Positions 26,280 through 39,076 of a DNA stretch of 64,000 nucleotides are shown piece after piece (within the stretch, counting starts at the first letter, position 1; every line of letters starts with the position of its first letter). Made by a program: the position numbers and the translations under genes. The notes beneath the pieces are model-generated. The model was not told where the DNA came from. It searched no databases and saw only the letters and a list, made by a program, of their open reading frames with translations. The stretch comes from Marsupella aquatica (Eukaryota > Plantae > Marchantiophyta). The DNA lies in assembly GCA_973895155.1 (NCBI GenBank), contig OZ316893.1, positions 21,808,955 through 21,872,954 of the forward strand, written 5' to 3'.

Positions 26280-28980
26280 AATACATATATAACACATTCC
26301 TCGAATGGATTTTTTTACATATATAACACATTGCCCCCAAAGAACAAAAAGCCACAAATTCCAAAAAGAATATACGTTAAAGAAAAGCTTATATAAAGCA
26401 CCCAAGATCAAAAAGAGTCAAACCGGAAAAATGTGAACAAAAGAAATCAATGAACAAAAAGGGTCAAACCAGAAAGATATATATAACATTACCAGAGAAC
26501 ACAAAAGAGCCAAAAGTGTTGAACCAAAAAATATGTTATAGCAAAAAGAGTGCCAAATATCAAAAAGTGTCAAACTGGAAAGATATATGTAACACTTTTA
26601 AAGAACAGAAAATGCCAAATGTCAAATGAATCCAGCTAGAAAGACATAGAAAACACTGCTATATATATATAACATTGCCAATGGACAAAAAACACTGAAA
26701 TGGGAGATCCTGAACGCCAGAAAACCCAATGAAAGGAAACAACAAGGGAAAACTCAAGAAGCCCACATAACCAAGTAAGCTCGAGAGGTCTCCAACAAGG
26801 GAAAATGAAGAGGACCTTGACTGTACACAATACAACACAGTAAATCTGCATAAGTGCACCATGACAAGTGCAATCCCTCATTTAGTGCACTGGAGGAGCT
26901 TCTTCCCTAAAATTTACTGTGGAAACTGCAATTCACTGTTTACAAGTGCAAATCAGTCCTCACTGGAAGAGAAAGTTATAAATGGCGAGAACTTTCATCC
27001 ATAAGTGCAGAGGGAGCACAACATTAATTTGTTGATAAGTGTTTGAGGATTTTTCAAAGAGTACTGGTTGAAGTAATACAAAACATATTCATTGGCCCTG
27101 TACACATATCCCATGATACCTTAGGACCATTGTCCCTTCTGGGATAGTCTTGCATGACAAGCAATACCATACGGATTTGTTAACTGTCTCAATACACTAT
27201 CCTCAAACATTATCTATGTCAAACTTGGTAATTACAATGTTTTCAAAGCCTTTTGTGTAAGGTAAAGCCCTCAGGAAGCAAAAGGTGAAGGTGGATTTCT
27301 AGTGCAAAAGGAGACGAGGTCCTGGGACCCGCCCTGGGACAGTTTGCATGACCCTTTCCATGCCTTCTGTGTTTGCAGCATTTCTCTTTCTCTCATGTGT
27401 AGAAGGCCTACCCTCAGTCTGGCAGTATGTGCACCGCTCCACCATGTCCCAAAGCCCTACTAACCGCAGTCAAGTTTAGGTAACTGCCAAAGGTTAACCC
27501 TCGCCATGATTGGCTCATGTCAGCCACAATCATGCCTAACTCACAATGAATCTGAAATAGAAAGGTAAACATCTATGGTCAAATCGTAGATGTCTGATTT
27601 CTGATCTAACGGATCCTGATGAGTCGTTACTGCCTCCTCCTTTGCAGCAGTGGTGCTCTTGCCATTGTTAGCTTCTTCTTTGCAATCCATTTGGGACAAT
27701 AGTCTGAGCACTTGCATGTGGAAGGGATTGCTTGCATTTTGGAGTTGGGATACACCTCCTTAGCAGTCATTGCTCACCCCCTTCAGCAGAATGCAATTCT
27801 CTTTAATATGCTCATCTACTCGCTCTTCTACTTGCTCCTTCTTAGGTTCTTCATGTGGTGCTGTAGTAAGAATTTAGATTATAAGGAGGACAAATCATAA
27901 ATAAAGTCACAAGCGGAAATATTTGGGATTTGTTTTTTATTAACTCAAACATGAAGCTCCCATGACATTGAACGTTATCCAAAATGCTTGGATTAATTTC
28001 GGAACCTTGGATGAAATCTCAATAGATATTAAAATGTGCTCTAATAACGCTTCCTGTTTCTACGTTTTGTAGGGTATTAAATTTATATATGTAACTCCCA
28101 GCAAGGCCGGGTGAAAAGTGCATACTCTTTCGTTATTTATGATACAAAGTACATATCCTTTCCATTTGGGCATTTTGTTGAAAATTAAAATATTTTTTAT
28201 TACTTGAATGGACGATAAGGATCGATGTACAATGATGTTATGAGGGCCCATCTTCCTGGGTCACAATTGTTCTGTGTGAAATCCAGAATTTAATTAGTTT
28301 TCGGGCACAGAATCTTCGCTGGACTTGGGTTCTCGCCACCTGTTTCAGTTGCCCGCTTTGAGTTGGTACAGTCTACCATGTGCAGCTAGATGCCCCAAGA
28401 CTGCACTTATCCATGCAATATATTATTAGGGCATGGGATATGCTTTATGTGTTTTTCCATATGTGCATGGTTCCACTACCCAATAAGTACATGGGAAATC
28501 ACGTATATACTTTCTGATAATAATGGACTCCCGGCTCATGTCTTGAGCCTGCATCCTTAATGATTCAATTCCTTCATGATTCAATTGGATAAGTGCATGA
28601 AATTACTTTATATAATTGTCTATTGCACTTATCAATAAATGCTCTTGTGCATGTGTACACTTAATATAGACAGACACTTAGCACGTATCTGACATTTAGT
28701 GAGGGTCGAGCTGCAGGTATACATACTGCTTCTTTTTGTGCATTACCCAAAGGAAAGCAATGTAAGACAGTAGGGGACTACACAACCAGGCTGCACTTAA
28801 CCACAAAGTGCACTTACACACTGCACCTATGCACAGTGGAACGTAGTTCAATGAAAAGCCAGAATTATATATATATATATCAAAGTGACAGAAAACAGAA
28901 TTGCCAACCGGGGAGACATGGTCTCAAAGGCAAGGCAACCCAATGAAGGGAAGGGAAAAAGGCCGCAAGAAGACCAAAGG
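26280..28980. mobile_element. Degenerate transposon-like repeat rich in TGCAC/ATAAGTGCA motifs
   Basis: Subterminal-like repeats (atatatataacatt..) lie near both ends. 28365-28720 is homologous, in inverted orientation, to 39080-39480 (e.g. agcatttattgataagtgca, tacagtctacc, tgcacttatccatg). Confidence 0.5.
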
Positions 28981-29139
28981 GGGCAAACTGGCCAAAATGT
29001 CCTCCACACCAAATGTGATTCAACTCGGGAATCAAATGTTTTTCGATGCTTGACCAACCAGATATATCAATTTAATTATGTAGCTTAGGTTGTTTTCGTG
29101 GTCTTGCATGGAAAGAAATACACCTATCAAGAAAAAGTC

Positions 29140-29540
29140 ATTTGGAGCACGCAACATAGGGTAGCTCACATTGTCACCCTTTAAGCCATGGAACATATTA
29201 GGGAAGCTGACTAGACAGGACTATACACAGTCATCTTTAGAGCATTCAAGTATTCAACATAGGGGTAGCTCAATTAGTCATCTTGCGAGCATGGCCCATA
29301 GGGTATAAGTCATCTTTGGAGAATACGTGGAACGTAGGGTAGCTGGCTAAAGGGGACTATACCCAGTCATCGTGAGAGCATGCAACCTAGGGTAGGGGAC
29401 TATACCCAGTCATCGTGAGAGCATGCAACCTAGGGTAGCTCACTTAGTCATGAGCAGGGAATATAGGGTCTAGTCATCTTTGGAGCATGGAACGTAGCGC
29501 AGCTGACGAGAGAGGACTATACAACCAGGGATACTTAGTT
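29140..29540. repeat. Degenerate 45-60 bp tandem repeats
   Basis: Recurrent gggtagct...agtcatc...gagcatg, including an exact tandem duplicate of ggggactatacccagtcatcgtgagagcatgcaacctagggta. Confidence 0.75.
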
Positions 29541-29874
29541 TGAATTTCTTTTGGTGAATAAAGATGTTGTGGGGGGGGGGGGTAGGTGTTGACCAACTTG
29601 CTAAAAAGGGCCAAACAAGGTACAATGGAGTAAAAGCAAAAATGACAATAGTGTTTTTCCTTTCAAAAAGCGACCGTGCTTGCAATGTAGTCCAATGTTA
29701 CGGCAACAAAGACCAGTTGGGCATAGAGAAAAACAAACCCAAAACAAGGGAGTAAAAAGATCCACTCCAATACTAGTGTGAACATCTAAATAATGGTGCA
29801 CTAGTGTAGTAATTGAGTATGTAGTCAGTGAGATTAACACTAATTAACACTAATTCATAAGTAGACCCTGAAAA

Positions 29875-30217
29875 TATTAGATATTGCTCTAGTCTTGTGA
29901 CTCATGAGCTAATTACAGTTAGATTAACTCGGGTTAGGACTTAGCTAATGTTAGCGATAGTGCTATTGTGCATTAGCCAGAGCTGATGCCAGACTCTGGT
30001 GAAACTTAGCTTCATTGTTACGGAGCTAATTGAGAGATAGGGAGAGCTTGTGCTGTGAATGCTTGGTATGGCCGGTCGGCCTAGAGTGCAATAAATCTCT
30101 TGTGTGTTCCCGTGGACGTAGCCTCATGTGGAGGTGAACCACGTATCTCTCTGTGTCGATTATTGTGCGTTGAATGGTTCATGGGCTTGTCGTTACGAAT
30201 GTCGTCTATGCTCAACA
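29875..30217 (+). mobile_element. Solo LTR (Ty1/copia-like) with 5-bp TSD GAAAA
   Basis: GAAAA flanks both sides (29870-29874 and 30218-30222). The element ends ..CTCAACA and starts TATTAG (TG expected). It contains the copia-type U5 motif cccgtggacgtagcc...gaaccacgt. Confidence 0.6.
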
Positions 30218-32383
30218 GAAAATTGGTGCTTTCAAATTAGTGTTAGAGTAGTGTAGGTTTTTGGTCTTCCATTATCCAACTCCTCACCTAGCCATAGACC
30301 TCATTAAACATAATCTGAGGGTACTCCTTAGATCTAGGAAGGTTTGAGGATCAAAAAGTGATCTAGGAAAATTAGATAACTAATATTCCTAATATCTTCT
30401 CGGCTACACAAGGTGATACTTGCCACACTTGTAAAAACAAAAAAAAACCTTCAAAACTAAAACGGGGTCTGTCACGTATCCCACGGTAGGTAGTAAAAAT
30501 AATACAATTATATTCTCAATACACAAATGAAATAAGGGAACGTGATGATAGAATTACAGAGGAAATTGCTACCTAGGCTCTTTGGTCAGAGACATACTTT
30601 AGTTTAGACTAAGAAGAACTCTGAGTTTTGTGAAGGACACTCTGGGACTGCTGATGGGATTTGGTATGGGATCTCTTACATAGAAAGCTTATTGATTCCA
30701 TCTCCTTACTGCTGATGACATATGCCACGTTATGCTCACGGAATGTTCCAGGCAAGGTGTTGGTTGAAAACAGGCAGACATGAATTCCCCGGAAGTTTCT
30801 TTGAAAAAGATAGAGAAATTACTACACAAAATCCTATTCCCAGCTGCCTTGTAATCGTTTGCCAACTGAGTCGAGGCTGGGTTTGCTTACCCCGATAGCT
30901 TTGTGGTCGATTACTGGAAACAGAACCTAAAATAACGGAAAACACTGGATCTGGAATCCTTTACTCGGGTTTTTATTTCTCCAAGCGAGGCGAGAAGCGA
31001 GGTGACAAGTGCAATTTCTCACAGGCCGTTTACAGTTTGCCAGCAAATACAATGAAGGTATTAGCGCCTATCTATCCGCCAGTCCAGCACGCAGCCAAGC
31101 CCCAATCAAATGATGAGAAATTTCATCTTTAGCCATAGAAAAATGTCAGCTCTTCGCTTCGGTTCGAGTTGATCAAGTTGTCCACGTCCATTTGAATGGG
31201 AGTAGGGCTCAAGGATTTTTCCTGCTCCTGAAGTCCATCGTTACCGCTTGGCCTGGTCCTTCCATTATGTAGGTCCGACTGTCTATCCCTTCCAAAACAT
31301 CCAAATTGGTAATTGTCCCATCATCCTCAAGGCAATAGGATGTGTGATTGTGTAGATTGGGTGTGCACGTTTATCTCACACTTTTGTTGTACACACTTCC
31401 ACTGCTGCTTGCAAGTTTGTGTTCATTCTATCTCCAGTGTTGGTGTCTCCTTCCTTGTTTCGGTTTCCCGATCTTCAGTCTTACTCTATCTCCATTATTG
31501 CTGTCGGCCTTCTCGTTCTCCCAATGTTGCTGTCGATCTGTCCTCTTCCTGGCCCCAAGTGGAATTCCTGCTTTGTGGCTTGTTCACCAGCGCCTCATTA
31601 CTTTTTTCGTAAGAATTGCAATTGGACTTGAAAGCTCCACAATACTTTCCTTGCTTCGAACGAAGCGGACGTTAAAAGTCCTGGCAGCTTTTTGGCAACA
31701 TCTTGTGAATTTATGAGCGCTCGTTCCAAGTTGAAAGTCGAGTTCGTTTTTGTGTTTTCGTGGTGGACTATGCCCTGGAGTCGAGATTGAGCAGACTGAT
31801 GCGCATAGCTGGGCGGCACTGGCTACCGACGAGCCTAAGGCGGTGCCGGTTATCTAGTAGGATGAGATGCGGGGTCCAATGGAATCGGGGGGGGCTTAAG
31901 GAAATGGCTTTCTACTGGAGCCTTTTGCAGTCGGAGATAATTCTCTTGGAATGTGAATAAGGTGGGACGAACTCTCGAGGGAACCGATCCGACATTCATT
32001 GTGAAGAAGGGTAGTGAGTCCGAAACAGACGATAATCGTGATGATCTTAGCAATGTGTGATTCTTCCTCACTCCTGGCTTGTCAGCAAACATGCTGGGCA
32101 TACCTATCCCGGTTATACGGAGTAGGTTGATTTCTAAGGCACGACTCAACACCTGCAGGACTCCAATGAGCAAAATGACGACGATGACCTCTGTCTCAGG
32201 GTCCCCATCCTCAATCACGACAGTGCGCAGGCAACCAGTCTAGCTCCATGAATGCAATTTCTACAGAAAGCCATTTTCAACAATCATTCATTTCGACAGC
32301 GTATATCTTAGCTTAGAGCAACACAAGAACCCTTCAATATCATGATAACTCACAAGTAATGAGGTTGTGATGGACAATGTAAG

Positions 32384-35300
32384 CTATTTGAGGTTATAGC
32401 CCAGAAACTGTACCGACTTTGTACCAAGGGCAAAATCACTTCTATACCCAATTTGTCCTACGCGTCCAGGTTGGACTCGGAGTGCGCGCTCAGCATCTGC
32501 CCGGGCTCCATCCTCGTCCGACAACAAGAACTTGACAAGGCCACGGTGTTTAAGGCATTCATAGTCATCTGCTTCTAGGCTGAAGGATTCGTCCAAATCT
32601 GCAAGTGCCCCTTTCAGGTCTCCTTGCATTTGTTTCGCAACGCCCCTTTCCTGCAAGCCGTGTCCTCTGTTCCCTCCTAATTCAATGAACTTACTCACGT
32701 CTGCAATCGCCCCATCAAAATCTCCTCGCTTCGCTTTCACACAACACCTGAGCCTGTAAATCAAAGACACGGAGTCGATTTTCATCAGAAAAGAATCTAT
32801 TCGCAAAGGAACCTCCTAATGATTTTGTGAGGGAAGAGATTTGAGGGTTCTATAACGACTATCCTTCTCTCTTCACAGTCTACATTACATATGTTGCTTC
32901 ACAAAACTTCAGGAAACTTCCATCACAACTTGCACACAACAGAGAGCTATGCATCTGCTCTATAACTTCAAAACCACCGTCAATGATTCGCGAAAGATAT
33001 TTTACTGTAAAAGATGACGACTTTCTGGAACGATGGGTAGCCGGCTGTCTTCATACAACTCAAGTGCATCCTCATAGTCGCGACGGTCTACTTGGAACGT
33101 CAATACTCGTAATGCATTTGCTGCCCACTTTTGCACTTCCCCGCTTTGATCCTTGGCCAAGAGTGCTACAAGGCTCCCAATGGCATTTGGGAGCTCGGCT
33201 ATCTTGATCCTGTTTTCCCCATCTTTAGCCAAATTCCCTAATGCAAAAGCTGCCCCCACTTGTACATCCTCGCTTCGATCCTCGGCTAGGAGCGCTACAA
33301 GTCGTGCAAAGGCATTTCGGGATTTGGCTATATTGATGCTGTTTTCCACATCTACAGCCAAATTCCCTAGTGCAAAAGCTGCCCTCCCTTGTACATCCTT
33401 GCTTCGATCCTCGCCCAAGAGTGCTACAAGGCTCCCAATGGCGTCTGGGAAATCAGACATCTTGATATTGTTTTCCGCATCATGAGCGAAATTGCCAAAT
33501 GGAAAACCTGCCCCCCGTAGTACATCCTCAGCTAAGAGCGCTGCAACCTTTGCAATTGCATGTGGGAATTCGGCTAACTTGATCATGACTTCCTCATCTT
33601 GAGCCAATTTCCCTAATGCAATAGCTGCCCCTTGTTGTACACGCTTGCATCGATCCTCGGCTAAGAGCACTACAAGTCTTGCAATGGCTTTTGGGAAGTC
33701 GGCTATCTTGATCCTGTTTTTCGCATCATGAGCCAAATTGCCTATTGCAGCAGCTGCCCTCCGTTGTACATGCATTCGATCCGCTGCCAAGAGTGCTACA
33801 AGGCTCCCAATGGCATTTGGGTGTGTGGCTATCTTGATCGTGTTTTCTGCATCACCAGCCAAATTCTGTAATGCAAAAACTGCCCACTGTTGTACATCCT
33901 CGCTTCGATCCTCGCCCAAGAGTGCTACAAGGCTCCCAATGGCATTTGGGAGTTTGCCTATCTTGACCCTGTTTTCCGAATCTATAGCCAACTGCCCTAA
34001 TGCAAAAGCTGCCACCTGTTGTACATACTTACTTTCATTGTGGGCCAAGAGTGCTACAAGGCTACCAACGGCATTTGGGAGTTCGGATATCTTGATCCTG
34101 ACTTCTGCATCTTGAGCCAATTTCCCTAATGCAAAAGCTGCCCCTTGTTGTACATCCTCGCTTCGATCCTCGCCCAAGAGTGCTACAAGGCTCCCAATGG
34201 CATTTGGGAGTTTGGCTATCTTCATGCTGTTTTCTGCATCATCAGCCAAATTCCCTAATGCAGCAGCTGCCCACGCCTGTACCTCCGTGCTTGCATCGTC
34301 GGCCAGGAGCACCGCAAGTCTGTCCAGGGCATGTGGAATTGTTGGAAATTGGAGCTGATGACCAGAATGGTTAGCAAAAGCAAAGAAAGTAACAATGGCA
34401 CTCGAAAATCAACGTGAGGTGGACTGTTGTTTGTAGCCTCTAGGAGATCTACTAGAGCAGACAATATTCTGGGAATGGTGGGTATACGTCGATTAAAGAT
34501 CACGAATTTTTGAAGGGCTTCCAATGTATGCAAAACTGTCTCCTTTGTACTTAATAATATTGACACGCTGTAGTCATCAAGCTCATGGCAGAATATGTAC
34601 TTTCGGAGAATCTGCAAGGTGAAAAAGACGAACAGCCATCATTACGCAAAACAAAAAACCTGGAAAGTTAACGCAATGGAAAAAATCTTTGAGGAGCCAA
34701 GGACCATTGACATAAGCTAATTGAGAAAGTGTACTTGGTACAATAAAAAGAGAGAATGCTTGACAAATGCTAGCCAAGGACACCTGCAGACTATACTACT
34801 TTAGTTACCTGTTTAGCCAATCCATGTGATTTGTTCTTCCATTTGTCCCTGGTATCTGCATGGAGGAGCCTGACAAAGCATTTGATTCGAGCTAGGTGCA
34901 ACCCCCTTTCTTCGGAAGAGTCATTCACAATCTGGGACAATGGGATCCCTAATGACTTTGTTGCTCGGTCATGCCATTGGGCAAGTTCTTGGTCATGCCA
35001 CTGGTCTTGCCCATAAAGAAGTAGCAATTCAATAAAAATGTCCTCCTCTGTGTTGCTTTCCAAGAACTTATCACGCATTGATTTCATGTCACTGCTCTTA
35101 ATCATCCCAATTATACTTCACCGCATAGCATGTAATGACCAGGTCTTGGTGGCAGGGAGAGTACTCCATGAAGCATTATTACTATTGATTTCAATGAAGT
35201 TGTTGGATTGCAAGTGCATGGAGCACTGTGGAAACTGGGCCAAAGTACCATGTTCCTTCTTGAAAAAGAGTTTGACTACCACTTCAGGAACAGGTTGGCT

Positions 35301-36610
35301 ATCACCAACCAACAGAAGAGTTTCAGCAGGCTTTGGAAGAGAAACCAAAGCCATTTCCATACAAGTAAGTATGGTTTTTGGGTATGGGTCATTAAATAAA
35401 ACAACACGGGAATTGTCGCTAACTTGGATGAGGTCTTCAAAATACTCTATGATGTGTTTCCATATGTCCAATTCATCAAACCCTTTGCCCTGAATACTTG
35501 CACATACATTTGTTGCCATGTTGGCAAGCACTAAAGGGAGGTGATCTGCCTTCTTAACAATTGCATCAATTGCCTCCTGCCACACACATGCGCACAGAGG
35601 TCAACTGCATGCATTGAGATTGCCTCCATTTCAGATTGTCAGTCACAAGATTCATTTAAGTCAAAGTGATACTCAAGCAAAAGGTGTTCATTGCAATATT
35701 CTACTCCACAAGGAAAAATTTCAAAATTGTGAGCAAGGATTTTACCTGCAATGGCCCCTGCGTGATGGCTATGGGTTCCCTATATACATGGTTTAAGAGA
35801 ATTTGGGATGCCTCTTCCGAAGTCGGAGGGTCCAACGTGATCTCCACACATATAGCATCGTTCCACAGTTGTGGTATCTGGGTAGTGACTAGATATTTTA
35901 GCCCCTCCCCCGGAAACAAAAGCCTCTTTATGAGCTTGTGTTCACATACATCATCCAGTATAATCAAAATCTCTTGATTCAAAAGCCTTCTTCTTAGCTC
36001 GGAGAGGTAATACTCAGTCATATCAAAGCCGTCTTGCATCGCTGGCAGAAGCAGCTGGTAGCCCAAACTTTTCCATAGTTTGAATAAGAGTTTAGGGAGG
36101 TCCTTGCTATCCATGTTTGGACCACATGGCAAGAAGACTACCCCGTCTTTGAATCTGCTAGTAGCCAAATCCTGGGGAGAAAGATTTTGATGTGGAACAA
36201 ATTCTGGTAATTCACTTTGAATGGAGGCCCTCTGGTAATACCAAGCCAAATATCTTGCCATGCTTGTTTTCCCTTGTCCCGGTCCTCCACGGAGTGTGAC
36301 TACAGGGCCTGTGGTTTTGCTCTCCAGAGCTTTCTGAACTTGAAGCATGGTTGCCTTGAGCACCACATACTTGGGATCTTGAGGGAATGGTGACGTCAAT
36401 CGTGTTACTAGACTGGTAGAGGAGCTATCAGCACCTTCCTGAATTTTTAAGCACAAAGAATATCAGCTACATTTTAAGTTCCAACATTAGCTCATACTTC
36501 ATGCAAAATAATACCCGAAATCAATGTTAAGCTATATTGACGATATTGGTAAGAATCACATTCTCGACAACGTAACAGGTACTAGGTGAGGCAATGGAAA
36601 ACATTCTTTG
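32384..36610 (-). pseudogene. NLR-like copy A: NB-ARC - about 10 ARM repeats - TPR, with the hydrolase exons deleted
   Basis: P-loop GGPGQGKTS, kinase-2 ILIILDDV, RNBS-B KYLVTTQ and GLPL-like HLPLVL; ARM exon 33002-34312; TPR exon 32384-about 32753. Lesions: in-frame TGA at 35118-35120, a 1-nt frameshift near 34375-34380, and a deletion of about 1.7 kb relative to copy B at about 36570. Confidence 0.88.
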
Positions 36611-37167
36611 TCCCAAGATAGTCGAAAATCGTGGTCGGTGTCCATGAAATGTCACTCTGCAAAAACCATGGAAGCAAATATCGAAACCACAGGGTTTTGA
36701 TCGGCAAGCTCAACTGTTCAAAATTAAAATCAATCCGTGCTGCAAAATAATAAAATTCTTGCAAGCTCACTGACATCAGTACGTTGAGATATCATATGAT
36801 ATCTCAAAGACCCAGTGAAAGATAATTAAAGTTCTCACAAGAGTCGGGACTTTTTAAATCTAGAGAAGTTCGTGAAGTAAAGCTTAAGGTGACGAGCAGA
36901 CAAACAGCGAACGGGACTCCAGGCACCCTGCGCGCAGAAGCATGGCAGCACGTATTGAAACAACGGAGGTGGTGGGAAGGGTGATCGAAGCACCTGTGCT
37001 GCACCCGCTGAGTACATGAACATCAAGGACACTATATTGGCAATGGGTATGGGTGATCACAGCACCTTTGCGGCATCCGCTGCGGACATTGCCGACGTCA
37101 AGGAGAGTGACTACTAGGTGATGGGGAAGGCGGGAGCAAAGGTCGAGGAAGCATCTCTGCGGAAGAC

Positions 37168-37435
37168 ATGGAGGTGAAGCCCCCAGACAAAGTTGAAGCT
37201 AGCAGTAGCACCGGTGCTAAGCCAAGCTCACAACCGCGTACTGTCGGGACGAAGTGGAATGCTTTACAAAAGTTAGCAAGAAAACACTTGTGCCACTAAG
37301 GCAAAGTGAGTACCTACGGTCAAGTCGGTATGAGCTTCAGCGGGGACCTCCTCACCTTTGAACCTATCCTTCAGAGTAGTTTTCTGGGGACACCCGTCTG
37401 GATATATACTAGTACTTGTTCACCTGGAGGCATTC
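37168..37435 (+). pseudogene. RBX1-like relic, copy A (RING core deleted)
   Basis: MEVKPPDKVEASSSTGAKPSSQPRTVGTKWNA matches copies B and C. It then jumps to 3' sequence that is inverted in B and C. Confidence 0.6.
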
Positions 37436-38934
37436 CGAGAGGAGACCTACGGGAATGTTTTGGTCCATGCTTGGATCGCGATTGCGTTTGCTAACCCTCT
37501 CATAGCCAGCTGGAATGCTTGCAAAAATATATACGCGAGGACGTCCAGATCAGGAAAGTAACGCACCTGATGCTCTTTGGTACTGGCTCCGTGGAGATCC
37601 ATGTTTGGCACGTCCGTTCCACGACTCTCCACAGCAGGAGTATCAGATTCAAAATCTCAAGGCGAACGCGAAGTGCCAGCCAAGCCAATTACCCCATCTG
37701 GGCACAGCCTCGATCTAATGGAGACACCAGTACGTACTGCGCACCCGAAAATGTGCTTCAGATCTGGACATTAATTAAGCATTCGATTAAGCAATTGCTT
37801 AGTTTTAGAGCACGCTCCACATCACAGAGATTGGATTCAGAGAATGCCTAGAAAATTTGTAGATACTGGACTTGCAAAAGCCAAAACCGGGAAACCCCAC
37901 GCACCCAGAAAGCACCACCTTATAAAGCACAGAAAAGTGCATCTAGTATCCTAATCTGGTGACACGACGAGAACGTATGCAAAAGAAACGAGAAGTCCAG
38001 ACGAGCGAAGTAAGGCACCAAAAAGGGTCTAGTGTCCGGCCAGCCGAGATTTGAGATTGGCAGGTTCTATCTTGGAGTAGCCTACCTTCAGTAGCTCGTA
38101 GACGAATAGCCGGCGAGGAAGAACCTACAAAGAGTGATCGAGTACTTCAGGCTAAGCATTGAGCGGAGCGGCGATGATCCCAATTTGGCAGGCCGTTGAG
38201 TAGGGAGGACCTTCAAACCTGACGGTCTTCAGATACTCCGTAGAAAGTGCGTAGGGCTAGGGGGGGAGAATTCCAGGTCCTGCATAGCAGAAACCGATAG
38301 TGGAGGCCATGGACCGCGGTGAACATGTGCGAGTCTGGGAATTTCTATGAGAAATTTACAACATTTTAAACAATACCAGGAGTACGAGTAGAGCTCAAAC
38401 TGCCGCACCTGATACGTGCTCGTGTCTTCACCGCGAGGATTGGCAGGTCAATCTGGTCCGAATTCTCCATATCATCAAGTCCGATTCATCAATTCTCCAA
38501 GCTAAAAAGTAGTGCTTCAGTGGGAAAGGCTCCAATCACATCAGTCACATGCTCCGCATATTACTCAAGCGGAGTCAACCATACCCAACGCACCCTAAGT
38601 GTAGGAAACCTCTGTGATCAACCAAGAGCTTGTTTTGCAAGTTAGAGGCGTTTGTCTCCAATGTGCCTGGAGAAATGGAAAGAGAACTTCCGCGTCGAAT
38701 AGCTTAGAAGTCGTCTCCCACTCGTTGCTACAGGTTTTCACGTGACAGACCCTTCTCAGTAATTGTTGGATGACGGGACTCACATCCCTTGCTCGCATCA
38801 TTATATTCATCGTCCTTCGGAAAAAGTCATGACGACGACGGACTCCTCTAGATAAATGCAGGTGTATAAGTGCATTCCGTGGGTAACTGCAGGTCGGTTA
38901 GGTTGTGTATTCCCCTCGTATTATGACATTTGTC

Positions 38935-39076
38935 TTTGTAAATGCACCGGACAATGCACGGTTTGTAAATGCACCAGAAAATGCACGGTTTGTAAATGCA
39001 CCGGACAATGCACGGTTTGTAAATGCACCAGAAAATGCACGGTTTGTAAATGCACCAGAAAATACATGGTTTGTAA
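38935..39076. repeat. 27-bp minisatellite, about 5 copies, with alternating variants
   Basis: tttgtaaatgcacc(ggac/agaa)aatgcacgg repeated inside the TGCAC-rich insertion at about 38850-39480. Confidence 0.92.

Noticed and set aside
29565-30217. Longer LTR starting at TGTTGA (29587) after a G-run
   Set aside because: No matching target-site duplication; the 29875 start gives a perfect GAAAA TSD.
33153-35977. Plus-strand ORFs over the NLR copies (also 44802-49946 and 62355-62957)
   Set aside because: They are antisense to motif-bearing minus-strand coding exons.
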